Shown here one piece after another: positions 19,735-29,521 of a DNA stretch of 64,000 nucleotides (position 1 is the first letter of the stretch; each line of letters starts with the position of its first letter). The position numbers and the translations under genes are program-made. The notes under the pieces were generated by a model that saw nothing but the letters and a program-made list of their open reading frames with translations, was not told the DNA's origin and did no database searches. The stretch is from Macrostomum lignano. Its lineage: Eukaryota. The stretch covers positions 186,001 through 250,000 of the forward strand of contig NIVC01000422.1 of the NCBI GenBank assembly GCA_002269645.1, written 5' to 3'.

Positions 19735-22700
19735 TCAGGGTGGTCCGCCGGTCCGTCCTGCAGCGTGATCTTCCGTTGGGAAGAAACTGGCTCGTCTAGT
19801 CGCCCGAAGGAACTGGATGAGCCGTGGGATGCTGTCGGGCTGGCAAACCTCGTCAATGGACGGGTTCGGCCCGAGGTAGCGTAGCCGGTCTCTGTTAAAG
19901 AAAGGGCAGTGACAGACAAAGTGCTGAGCATCTTCATTGTCGCACTCGCAAAAGGGGCAAATTTCGCTCTCGAGGTCGCCTCGGAGGAAGCAGTGCCTGG
20001 CGAGGTAGCCATGGCCGGTAAGGGTCATGACAAGGGCTCGAATATCCTTCCGATTCTGGTTCAGAAGGATGTTTCTGAGCCTGTGAGACGGGCAAGGAAC
20101 CGCGGCACGAGATTGCCGGCAGTTTTGGGTGCCCGCCCATCTGTCCCTGTGGAGGGAGTCAGCCCAGTCGTCGATCTGACGATTGATGACTGTCAAGGGC
20201 ATAGGGACCAGGGGGGCAGGGCCGAAAAAAGAGCCAGAGCCGCCCCTCTTGGCGAGGGTGTCTGCCAGCTCGTTCCCCGGAAACCCTGCGTGCCCTGGGA
20301 TCCACTTCAGCCTGACAGTATTGCTTCTGGCCAGGAGGTTGAGCTGCCGGGCGCAGTCGGCGACTGTCCGGGAGTTCGTTGTGGTGTGGCAAAGGGCCTG
20401 TAAGGCCGCTTGGCTGTCGGAGTGGATGACAATAGTCTTTCCTCTCGTAACCTTGGCGTTTAGCTCTGCAGCGCAAGAGCTGATGGCAAGGACTTCGTTC
20501 TGGAAGACTGTGGAGAGTCTACCAGTGTGCTGGGCATGCGTGGCAATTACGCGGCCGTTGATGATGATGCAGACCCCAAAGCCGGCGCGACCGTCTTTGA
20601 TGGATCCGTCCGTGTAGCAATGGACCTCCTGGAAATTCCAGTGGTCATTGGCAGCATCCCTAGAGGGGATGGTGACCTTGTAGCGCTGAAAGAGGTTGAG
20701 AGTGCGGGGTTCGCCGTCAGATAGGACGTGGAGCCCGCCGCTGTCTCTCAAGTCCTTGAGGCAGAGGTCAGCGTGGGGCAGAAGCTTGCGCTTAGCCATG
20801 GCCCTATGGGGCTGGATTCGAATGCCAGCGTCAGCTAGACGGCGGGCAGTCTTAGCCGCTTCCCTGCGGACAAAGATGTCCAGCGGAGGAATGTTGAGGA
20901 AGGCGTTGAGGCCATCGTAAGGAGCAGACGGAGGGGCGCTCATGATCGTGCGACAAGCGCGCCCTTGCGCTCTCCTGAGAGCCTCTAGACAGGTCTTTAT
21001 CTGCAGGGCGCTAGCCCAGATCAGGCCGCCATACGAGATAGCGGGCCTAACCATTGCAGTGTAGATCCACCAGAGGCGCTTGGGGTGAGCCCCCAGGTGG
21101 TGCCGACGGCCCTGCGCAATTGCGCGAGGACTGCGAAGGCCTTTTTGGCTTTTGTTTGAACGTGGGGAGACCAGTTCAGCCTGTGTCCAGGGTAATACCC
21201 AGACATTTAGTCTGCTTGCAGAAGGGGATTTCCCTTCCGTAAAGCGTGAGCGGCCGAATCTGCCACTTGGTCCTGCTGGTGAACATGATCGCTGCGGTCT
21301 TAGTCTCAGAGAGCCTTAAACCACAGCGGTCCGCCCATTGCTCAGCAGCGTAGATGAAGTTCTGAAGAAGGTCCCTGAGGGTATCAGGGGACGGACCAGA
21401 TGCCACCGCGGTGACATCGTCCGCATATCCAACTTTCAGAATGGGGTCAGGCCGAACATCCCGGAGGAGCTCATCATGACCATATTCCAGAGAACTGGAG
21501 ACAGCACCCCACCTTGCGGGCTACCTTTGCAGACGGGGACCGTCCTCTGGTAGCCCAGCAGACTGGCGGTGGCCGTGCGATGGCTGATCATGTACATGAT
21601 CCATCTGGTGAGATGTGAGTGCGTTAGCCTCTCACAAAGAGCTCTTCGGAACGCCTCAAAGAGGACGTTATCGAAGGCGCCAATGATGTCCAGGAAGATC
21701 CCCAGAGCAAAGCCACTACCAAGCACGGCCTTCTCGAGTTTATCGACCAGGACGTGCAGCGCGCTTTCAGTGGAGCGACCCGCCCGAAAAGCGTGCTGGT
21801 TCTCGCTGAGAGGTTTGTTCTTCAGCTCAACAGAGAGAAGGCGCCAAAGCACCAGTCTCTCCATCAGCTTGACCAGGGAGGAGGTCAAGCTGATCGGTCT
21901 GAAGGATTTGATAGAATGGTAGTCCGGGCGGCCTGGCTTAGGGATAAAGATCACCTTTGCCTCGGTCCATGCCTGCGGGACATAACCAAGCGTGATGCAT
22001 GCCCGAAGAAGGCTGCAAAGTTTGCGCAGGAAGCCTGGGCATTTAACCGCCTCTCTTAGAAGGGCCGGTACAATGCCGTCGGGTCCTGGGGCTTTGAAAG
22101 GCTTGAAGGAATTTGCCGCTCTCACAATGCGGTCCTCCGTGATGATAGATGCAGCCAGCGCGTGACCTCCCTCCGAGTGATCCGGAGTGGTCTGGTTAGC
22201 TGGCTCGTTAGGGAAAAACGCAGTGAGCATTACATCAAGCGTTTCCCCTGGGTTGTCCGTGGACGTACCGTCGGTGCGTTTGACCGAGGAGAGCTTAGAC
22301 ATTTTGTCCAGCGTGAGCGCTTTCACAACTCTGGAGGTGGGGCGTGAGCCCTCTAGCTCCTCACAGTATTGTCGCCATTTTTGAGCCTTTGCATTCCTAA
22401 CCTGCCTTTTAAACTCATGAATTGCTTCATGATAGGCGGTTTGGTCTGCAGGGCTCTTAGTTTTAGTTGCTCTGCGGTGGAGTCTCTTAGCCCTGCGACG
22501 GAGGTTGCCGAGCTCGGGATTCCACCACGGCGCCGATTTTTTCCCTTTATAGGCTTTTAAAGGGCAGGACGCCTCAAAGGCGGCGGTTAGCGTCTCTGTC
22601 AAAACAGTCGCGCACTCATCCGCCTCTCGGCACGACGTGATCGTGGATGGTTGGCCAGGAGACCGATGGAATTCCTTCAGGGCGAGCCCGAAGGTTTCCC

Positions 22701-23442
22701 AATCCGTATTTCTGGCGTTCCGTCTCCACATAACACGAGTTGCGCTACGCGCGGCCATTAGGTTGAAGGAGATGAACTTGTGATCCGATAGTGAGGACAC
22801 TGGAAGCACCCGCCACGCCCCAATACTCTGGTAGAGTCTGGGCGTTGCGAGCGTAGCGTCGATCACCTCCGACCACCGTCCGTTGTCAAAGGTAGGGGTG
22901 GACCCAGAGTTGCAGAACTCGAGGGTCGTAGAGGCAACGTAGGCTAGGAGGTCTTCGCCTCTCTGATTAATGCCAGTGCTGCCCCAGTGAGTGTGGTGGG
23001 CGTTGATGTCGCCGGCAACCATGAGCTCGTAGTTTTTGGCAGAGCAGAGCTCTACCAGCGTAGCGAGGGCTCTGGGGACGACCGCAGCATCGCCTGGTAG
23101 GTAAACCGAGGCAATGAGGGTGGTCTTCCCAGGAAGAAGGTCCTCGGATTGGATGACGCAGATGTCCCTGTTGGACAGGTCCGATCTGAGCCACGCACTG
23201 AGCGTTTTGCTCGCAAAGATGCAAGCTCTGGGAGGCTGGTTGGCCTCGCGAGGGTAAGTATAAAAACAATTGTAGCCAGCAGGGGCGTTTTGAGGCTTAC
23301 CTCTGAGAGTCCAGGGTTCCTGGACGAGGATGAGCCCCGGCTTGTCGAGCTCGGCGTAACGCATAAGGTTGACCGAGGCTGCGACGCAGTGCTGCAGATT
23401 AATCTGCAGGCAATGGATTCCCTGGTTGCTGATCATTATCAC
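19735..23442 (-). CDS. LINE copy 1 ORF2 (APE endonuclease, RT, RNase H); three 1-bp frameshifts near 21480, 21190 and 21090
   Basis: CLQINLQH, LVQEPW, AGDINAHH, SDH; RPISLTS, FLDIIGAFD, GSPQGGVLSP, GYADDV; RNase H CYTDGS, NEVLAI, HSDSQAAL, WIPGH, GNELAD. Confidence 0.93.
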
Positions 23443-24904
23443 GCAGTTGGGGAATCGTTGAGCAGGTCATCCTCCTCCTTTTCAGTGGTGGGTGACCCGC
23501 AGACCTCCATGGGAGTTTCAGCGTCCTCAGCAGTTAGGGTGGCTGTGGAGTCCTCCGCGGACGTGAGCCCAGCGTGGACGTTACCGTCGCCTCTCCTGCG
23601 TGCTTCGGTGCTGTCACTGCCCGTCCCCTCTGCCTCGTCGGTCAGGTCGATGCGGGTGGCGCCAGCCTCCTGGTGAGTCACAGACTCGAACCAGTCGGTC
23701 GGAGCCTCCCCGCTTAGAGTCTGGCCTTCTGGCTGTTGGGGTGGAGCGCGAGAAGCGCGGGCCCGCTCACGATGCGCACGAAGGTTCTTGGCCTGGTCCA
23801 GCGCGCGCTGGATCAGGCCGGACCTCCGGGTGCTCCTGGCGGGTCTGCGATTGCGATTTCCGGTTTCAGCAGCGCGAACTGCCTTACCGGGCATAGGATC
23901 GGCCGTTTGCCTCGGCTTCTTTGCCGGAGGAGCCTGGGCCCCAGTTCCGGTTTCGGAAGCTTTGGCATTCTTGGCTTCATCAGCTTTCCGCTCCTCGCAA
24001 CGGAGGATGGTCAGCTGAGTCAGACCAATATGAATTGTGGACTTAGGCGGCAAGCGCTTAGCCCAGTCATCAGAGAGCCCTAGGATCACCGTAGCCCCCT
24101 TCTCCTTGCGGGAAGTGGCGTGGTGTAGGAGCCCGTTGACCTTAAGGTCGGGGTGCAGCTTTAGCAATATTTGCCTAAGCTGATCTCCGGACTTAATGGC
24201 ACTGCCGGCCGGGATCCAGACGCGAAAGCGCTGGGTCTTCTGTCGTTCGCCCTCGCTGGCGAAGACGAGCTTGCCGAGCTTCTTGGGCCAGTTCAGCTTT
24301 GGCAGAAGCTCGCGTAGATTGCGGCTGCTCTCCTCCGAGCTGCACCAGATGAAGATGCAGCCGTCGGTCTTGGCAGACTTGACCACGCTCACAGGGCGGC
24401 CCGCCAGGAGCTGGTCGATGAGCGCAGCATCGATGGTGCGCCAGGCACTGTCGAGCTCGTCGGCCGTGAGGTCCTGCTCTTCCCCGAAGACGATGACCGC
24501 CGGTTGGAGCTTGACCTTTGAGGCGTAGTTGGTGGCGGCGGTTCCCGAAGGCCCGGCCGCGCTTGTAGCAGGTATACTGGGTGGCTCACCAGCGGGGGTT
24601 GTATCCTGGGGGCAGGGGTTGCTGTGGTTCCTTTCGGCCCAACAGCAGCCTCGCCCTCCCTAGGTTCCCCTTCCGCCGGTGGCCGGCCCGCAGTACCCCG
24701 TAGTCGCCGTCGCCGCTCGTTGCGGCGTTGGTTGCGGGTGCGTCGGGCTTCAGCGGAGGGCCCGGTTGCGCGTGCGGGCATGTCACCAGCCGAGCCGGCG
24801 GCAAGCCCATCTGCCCCCGGTGGGGCGGCGCTGGTGCCAGAGTCACCGGCCGGAGTTGCCGGGGCCCCGGCTTCAGCGGGGGTTAAAGAGGCGGATGACG
24901 CCAT
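23439..24904 (-). CDS. LINE copy 1 ORF1 (gag-like nucleic-acid-binding protein), frameshifted near 24600-24390
   Basis: Fragments 24389..24904 and 23439..24392 lie directly upstream of ORF2; basic RRNQRRNERRRR patch; the central domain resembles ORF1 of copy 2 (ILLKLHPDL..GLLHH vs VLLRLNPDL..GLVYH). Confidence 0.75.
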
Positions 24905-25087
24905 AGCTGAAAGCGGGAAGGAGTGAGCTGAGTCACAAAAGAAAGAGGAAAGAAGAAAAAGAAAAGGACCGCTAGCGACCGGACAACCCCCCGGCCTTCC
25001 AGCCCATCGGCACGGTCAAACACCTTAGGCATTAGGGGGTACGTTAAGCAGTACCACGGCCTGCAGGCTGGCAAGCCAGACCCGCAT

Positions 25088-25375
25088 ACCCAAATTCGGC
25101 CGAAGCCACTGGATGGGTCGCCAGCGTCGGAGCCCAGTCTGTCCAGCAGCCCTAGGGTCTGCCTTGAACACACGCGGGACGAGTACCCTGGGTCGACTTG
25201 TGAAACAGCGTGAGGGGGGGGGTCTGCGGCTGCCAGTGGCAAATAGCGGGTGCAGACCTCCCTCTCCAGCCTTGACCTGCTGAATATAGGGGCAGGCGTG
25301 AAGCATCGCAGACCGTAGCCCTTAGGCCTGGTCTGTCTCATACTTCACTGGCGTGCTGAATACACCTTCGCGTGC
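25088..25375 (-). ncRNA. Predicted HDV-like self-cleaving ribozyme at the 5' end of LINE copy 1
   Basis: P1 GCACGC (25375-25370) / GCGUGU (25175-25170); P2 ACCCA/UGGGU; P3 GGG/CCC; L3 UACUCGU; P1.1 AC/GU; J4/2 CGAAU with candidate catalytic C at 25098. One C shorter than copy 2 at the P3/P1 junction. Confidence 0.7.
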
Positions 25376-26113
25376 GTTGTGTGGGGTTGTAGTGTTGTTG
25401 TCTGTTCTATGAGATGGCTTAAGTTCGACAGTGTCTTGTTTAATTGCATGGGATGGTTTCAATCCAGTCATACGTGTGACTTCATTGTTCAGTTGTTCTA
25501 TAACAGTGGGGAGCCGGTCTGTCCATTTTGAATAGTACTGACCACTTTTTAGTTTCAGCTCTTCAGCTGTCTGCTTAGTGAATAGCCTCTTGGCTAGAGT
25601 TAGATTGAATCTTTCCACAAAAGCCTGGTCTCTGTGGAGCTCAGTTCTGCCATAGCGAATCTCTGTGTTTTTCTTTTCCATAAGGGATTTCACTGCACCC
25701 ATGAATTCCTTACCCGGGTCGGTCATAAAGGTTTGGGGGTATGTGAGCGGAGAGTTTTTATAAATATCTTGCAGTGCGCTGGCAACAACCTCTGACTTCT
25801 TCGTCTTGAGTGGGCGAGCTTCCTTATATCTGGAAGCAATGTCAATAATTGTAAGAGCATACTTGTAGCCCGAGTCATTGGGGAGAAACAGAAGATCTGC
25901 TTGGTGCGCCTCATTAGGTTTATAAATACTGAAATGGGGCCTTTCAAATTTTACTGGTGGCAAATAGACTTGAAAGACAGCCTGCTTAGAGAGCCATTTT
26001 TCTACTGTAGCTTTTGGTTCCTTACTCAGCTCCATGAGTTTACTAACAGCATTTTTGCCTACAAAGAATCCTTTGTCGCTGTAGTAGAGTTTTTTAAGTT
26101 TCTGATCTGTCAT
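25376..26113 (-). CDS. Polinton retroviral-like (rve) integrase, N-terminal and catalytic part
   Basis: DDE motifs HQADLLFL, TIIDIASRY, FMTDPGKEF, VERFNLTL; cut by the LINE after codon 246. Confidence 0.95.
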
Positions 26114-26143
26114 TTATTTAAAAAGAAAATTTTAAATAAAATA

Positions 26144-26599
26144 ATGCAGCGCTCTGGTGGTAAAATAGATTCACATGGACTGATAGAAAAGCTTCCTCGT
26201 CCAAACAAAGGCTGGACAGTTCCCGGCTATAAATATTGCGGGCCTTTGAATCCACTTGAAATACAGTTAGATAAAAACAATAATCCACATCCTGGGCATG
26301 AGCCTGTGAACGAGCTAGACTCTGTCTGCATGTGGCATGACATCAAGTATAGAGATTTTCCTGAGGAGAAGAATCGGTGGGACAAAGAAATGCTTAAGAG
26401 ACTAGACCATATGGGGGCTTCAAGCGGATTTCGTGAGTCGATTGCTAGGAAATTAGTCAAGGCGGTTATTTTTGGTAAGACAAAGTTGGGGTTGGGGGTG
26501 GGCGGTTGTTTGAGAGAAGGGGTGGGCTTTATATTGCACGCGCCGCGTAAAGAACCTGGAAGACTGCTGAAAGAGCTGGGGGTTAAGAGAGCAGAATGA
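26144..26599 (+). CDS. Parvovirus VP1u-type phospholipase A2 domain protein (151 aa)
   Basis: TVPGYKYCGPLN (Ca-binding loop-like), PVNELDSVCMWHDIKY (catalytic HD); ATG at 26144 after a 30-bp AT-rich spacer. Confidence 0.88.
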   Translation: MQRSGGKIDSHGLIEKLPRPNKGWTVPGYKYCGPLNPLEIQLDKNNNPHPGHEPVNELDSVCMWHDIKYRDFPEEKNRWDKEMLKRLDHMGASSGFRESIARKLVKAVIFGKTKLGLGVGGCLREGVGFILHAPRKEPGRLLKELGVKRAE

Positions 26600-26844
26600 T
26601 TCAAGCAAGAAAATTCAAGAGAAACTTTTTAAGAAAATAACAGCAAAAGAAAAATAAATGGATGACATGATATACTTTTGAGCAGCAGTTAGTTTCCCAA
26701 ATTTGGTACTCACACAGGCTGCCACTCGAAGGCCGCTGCTACAGCCCGCGCATCTTTAAAAGAAGAAAAAAAGTAATTTGATATTAGCAATCTCCTTACT
26801 TTCTTTTTCCTTTTAAAGATGGAAAAAAATTAACTTGTCTGAAA

Positions 26845-26992
26845 CAAGAAAGAGAAGATTTAGAGAAGAAGAGAAGAGAAGAGAAGAAGAGAAGAGAAGA
26901 GAGGAGGAGAATAAGAAGAAGAAGAAGAAGAAGAAGAAGATTTAGAGAAGATGAGAATTATCTTCTTATTATTAAGAAGATAAAGAAAAGAA
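26845..26992 (+). repeat. Purine-rich (GAA/GAGAA)n tract
   Basis: Read directly, between convergent gene ends. Confidence 0.85.
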
Positions 26993-27001
26993 AAGTTATA
27001 T

Positions 27002-27796
27002 TTATTTTCTATTTTTAATATTTTTATTTACTATTCTTTTTTTTTGAATAACACCCATGCTCCAATAGGTTTTATATTTATTTGAACACATTAACATGTC
27101 TTCAATATCATTTTTTAAGGTGTAAAGTTCCTCAAATGTTATATTTAGCTTAAAAAAACGAGGATAATCATGTAATGTTTTACTAAGAGACAACATTTTT
27201 CTAATAGTGCTTTTAGCATATGTTATCCCATGTCGTTGCAAAAACTCCAAAACCTGATCATCACAACTTTTACATTTAACAGTTTCTTCAGGATGTTCTA
27301 TTCTATATTTCGCTGCGTTGTGGTTAAACCATACACCACAGATGTATGTGGCAATGAGCATACGATTATTACATCTTTTTAAACTTGTGACTGCCGTCTG
27401 TAGTTGTTCTTCTACAGATAACGGCATATTTGTATCAACAATAGAATAGGGGTGAATAAATTTATCGACCCCTTCAAATTCAAATACTTTTGCGCAAAGA
27501 TATTGATGAAGCGTCTCACCAGTTGGCCGTAGTTTTTGCTTCTTTACTTTTACTTTCTTTCTTGCTGGTTGATCTTGATCCTCATCTACATCCATGCGCT
27601 CTTCATTTAATTTTTTTGATCGATCTTCTAAATTGCCACAACTAGGTACTAAGGGGCAATCTAATGTAACTTTTAAATGAATTAAATCATCTTCAGATAA
27701 GAGTAGTTCGTGTTTATTGTTATCTTTTGCTAACTGATTTAGCTGTAAAATTTTAGAGAATAGAGATAGATCTGGTGTGACAGACAAGTCAGACAT
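27002..27796 (-). CDS. Polinton accessory protein of unknown function (264 aa)
   Basis: Long ORF in AT-rich DNA with AAAAATG start; basic patches ARKKVKVKKQK and KKRIVNKNIKNRK. Confidence 0.7.
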   Translation of the reverse strand: MSDLSVTPDLSLFSKILQLNQLAKDNNKHELLLSEDDLIHLKVTLDCPLVPSCGNLEDRSKKLNEERMDVDEDQDQPARKKVKVKKQKLRPTGETLHQYLCAKVFEFEGVDKFIHPYSIVDTNMPLSVEEQLQTAVTSLKRCNNRMLIATYICGVWFNHNAAKYRIEHPEETVKCKSCDDQVLEFLQRHGITYAKSTIRKMLSLSKTLHDYPRFFKLNITFEELYTLKNDIEDMLMCSNKYKTYWSMGVIQKKRIVNKNIKNRK

Positions 27797-28225
27797 TTTT
27801 AACCGAGTAACTCTTCAAAAGTAGTTGTATAAATAAGCTTTCTTCCTTACCCGACAGACTTTGGGGGGGGGGAGGGTGTCCGCCTGATAGCGGCGAGACG
27901 ACTTGGCTTTGGGGATAAGGGGAGAGAATTGAGTAGACTGAGAAGAGCTGTGGGACGAGGGACAATGGAGGATCGGGGGTATGGTTTTGGTTGGCCATAC
28001 GTATGCCATACGTAGCATACCCATACGTGCTGCGGGATTGACTGTAGGTAGAGAAGTGGAAAGAGAGAGAACTTGCTATGTAGAAATAAATGCTCACGGT
28101 GAGGAGAAGCTTGTGTATAGGAAGAGAGGTTCTCTCTGTATACGGGGCCTGCGTACTCTGAGTTAGTAAGGGCATAAAGCTTTTGCATGGGGGAAGAGAT
28201 ATTTGCTCTGTACATGTTCGGCGGC

Positions 28226-28332
28226 GGAACATTTGTTGGGCTGAGGAACAAATGTTCGGCTGAGGAACATTTGTTCGGCTGAGGAACATTTGTTCGGCGA
28301 CAGAACATTTGTTCGGCTGAGGAACATTTGTA
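28226..28332. repeat. 19-bp tandem repeat containing the palindrome GAACA-NN-TGTTC, about 6 copies
   Basis: CTGAGGAACATTTGTTCGG units read directly; one copy reads GAACAAATGTTC. Confidence 0.9.
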
Positions 28333-28486
28333 GCTGGCTCTGTAGCTGGTGCCCTAGAGGGTAGTTTTACATTTTCCCTTAGATAAATAGTTGCAAGCGT
28401 TGATTTTAGATGTAAGAGCATTGTGTATGAATAGATCTTAGTAGACATTAACAAGCTTGGCAGAACTGTTCAGCGTGAGTTACTAT

Positions 28487-29058
28487 AATAAGAACCTGGA
28501 GAGACAACTGAAAACATTTTTATTGAGAATTTATTTTTTTTTCAAAGGGTAAAGACCCTGCGCTGATGATTTAAAGTCTTAGGGATGTGGTTTCGCCGCT
28601 TTGGATTGAATGTGGGCCCCATGGGGAGAAGAATGCAGATTATTTTCTGATTGTTTCGAAGATGCTATGGGTGGATGTCGGTGTCAGTGAGCATAACAGG
28701 TATCAGTTGACACCTGCTCTGATTCTGTCAGGGATAATATGGATGGATTTAATAGGATTATGGAGGATGTTTTGTGAGCAAGTGCGGCCCCTCCCCTTTT
28801 TCATGATTCTGTCAGGGATAATATGGATGGATTTAGGTGGATTATGGAGGACGTTTTCGGAGCGAGTGCGACCCCCCTTTTTTTTCTGATTCTGTCAGGG
28901 ATAATATGGATGGATTTAATGGGATTATGTTCGAAGTTTTTGGAGTAAGTGCGACCCCCCTTTTTTTCTGATTCTGTCAGGGATAATATGGATGGATTTA
29001 GGTGGATTATGGAGGACGTGAAAAATTTTGTCCCAGAAGCCCCCTCATGCCTTCTACT
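28487..29058 (-). repeat. Polinton right TIR
   Basis: Reverse complement of the left TIR with a few substitutions and homopolymer length differences. Confidence 0.95.
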
Positions 29059-29448
29059 GAAGCTAAAAATGAATATGCAAGCGTTTTGTGATTGTAGTAT
29101 GGCCAAATTTTTGCTAACATAGTATCTTAACAATAGTAACTTAAAAATTATCTTATCGTAGTATCTTAACAATAGTAAATCCTTTCTTAAATTGTGAAAA
29201 AATATTTGGTAATTAGTTTAAGGTTCGCACGAAGTAAACGTATGCCAGCAAACTTGATTTTTTTACAAATTGAAGACATCACTTAATCAATTAACACTTT
29301 TCAATAGCTAGATCGCTTAGTTGGTGTACGTACCATACGTTGTATCTTTGGCTATTGGTAGAATAGCCACAAGAGTAATTCACTGTATCTTAACTGCAAC
29401 TATTATATACAGTTAATTTAGTTCTATAAGGGATGTAAAGCTAACGAT

Positions 29449-29521
29449 GGGGCCGTAGCCCAGTGGTTTAGCGCGGCGCTCTGGTGTGCCAGCGGCCCAG
29501 GCACGATCATGGTTGTAGTGT
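29449..29521 (+). pseudogene. Degenerate tRNA-like sequence
   Basis: GGGGCCGTAGCCCAGTGGTTTAGCGCGG resembles a tRNA 5' half with an A box; the B box and acceptor stem are decayed. Confidence 0.3.

Larger units (their letters stand above)
19625..25375 (-). mobile_element. Full-length non-LTR retrotransposon copy 1 (LOA/I-group-like: ORF1 + APE-RT-RNase H)
   Basis: TSD GTTGTGTGGGG at 19614-19624 and 25376-25386. Both termini are shared with the element at 40491-46387. The 3' end is ...CAGCTAAGTCAAGTAAGTCA, not poly(A). Confidence 0.95.
7212..29058. mobile_element. Complete Polinton/Maverick (adintovirus-like endogenous element), about 16.1 kb net of the nested LINE
   Basis: Termini AGTAGAAGGCATGAGGGG (7212) and CCCCTCATGCCTTCTACT (29058). 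Identical 6-bp TSD GAAGCT at 7206-7211 and 29059-29064. Encodes pPolB, integrase, ATPase, protease, MCP and penton. Confidence 0.97.

Noticed and set aside
19909-24926. Plus-strand ORFs antisense to LINE copy 1 (and similar ones within 40873-45681)
   Set aside because: Shadow frames of GC-rich coding sequence; no motifs, and not shared between the two LINE copies.
25088-25375. Hammerhead or twister ribozyme as an alternative explanation of the LINE 5' structure
   Set aside because: I found no CUGANGA/GAAA hammerhead core or twister pseudoknot pattern by eye, while all HDV-type pairings could be assigned.
27789-28454. 221-aa ORF near the right TIR as a real gene
   Set aside because: Largely made of the 19-bp repeat and low-complexity sequence, with several overlapping ORFs of similar quality and no AAAAATG start context.
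29449-29521. Functional tRNA gene
   Set aside because: The A box is present but the B box reads GGCACGATC and a cloverleaf cannot be closed; kept only as a low-confidence pseudogene.
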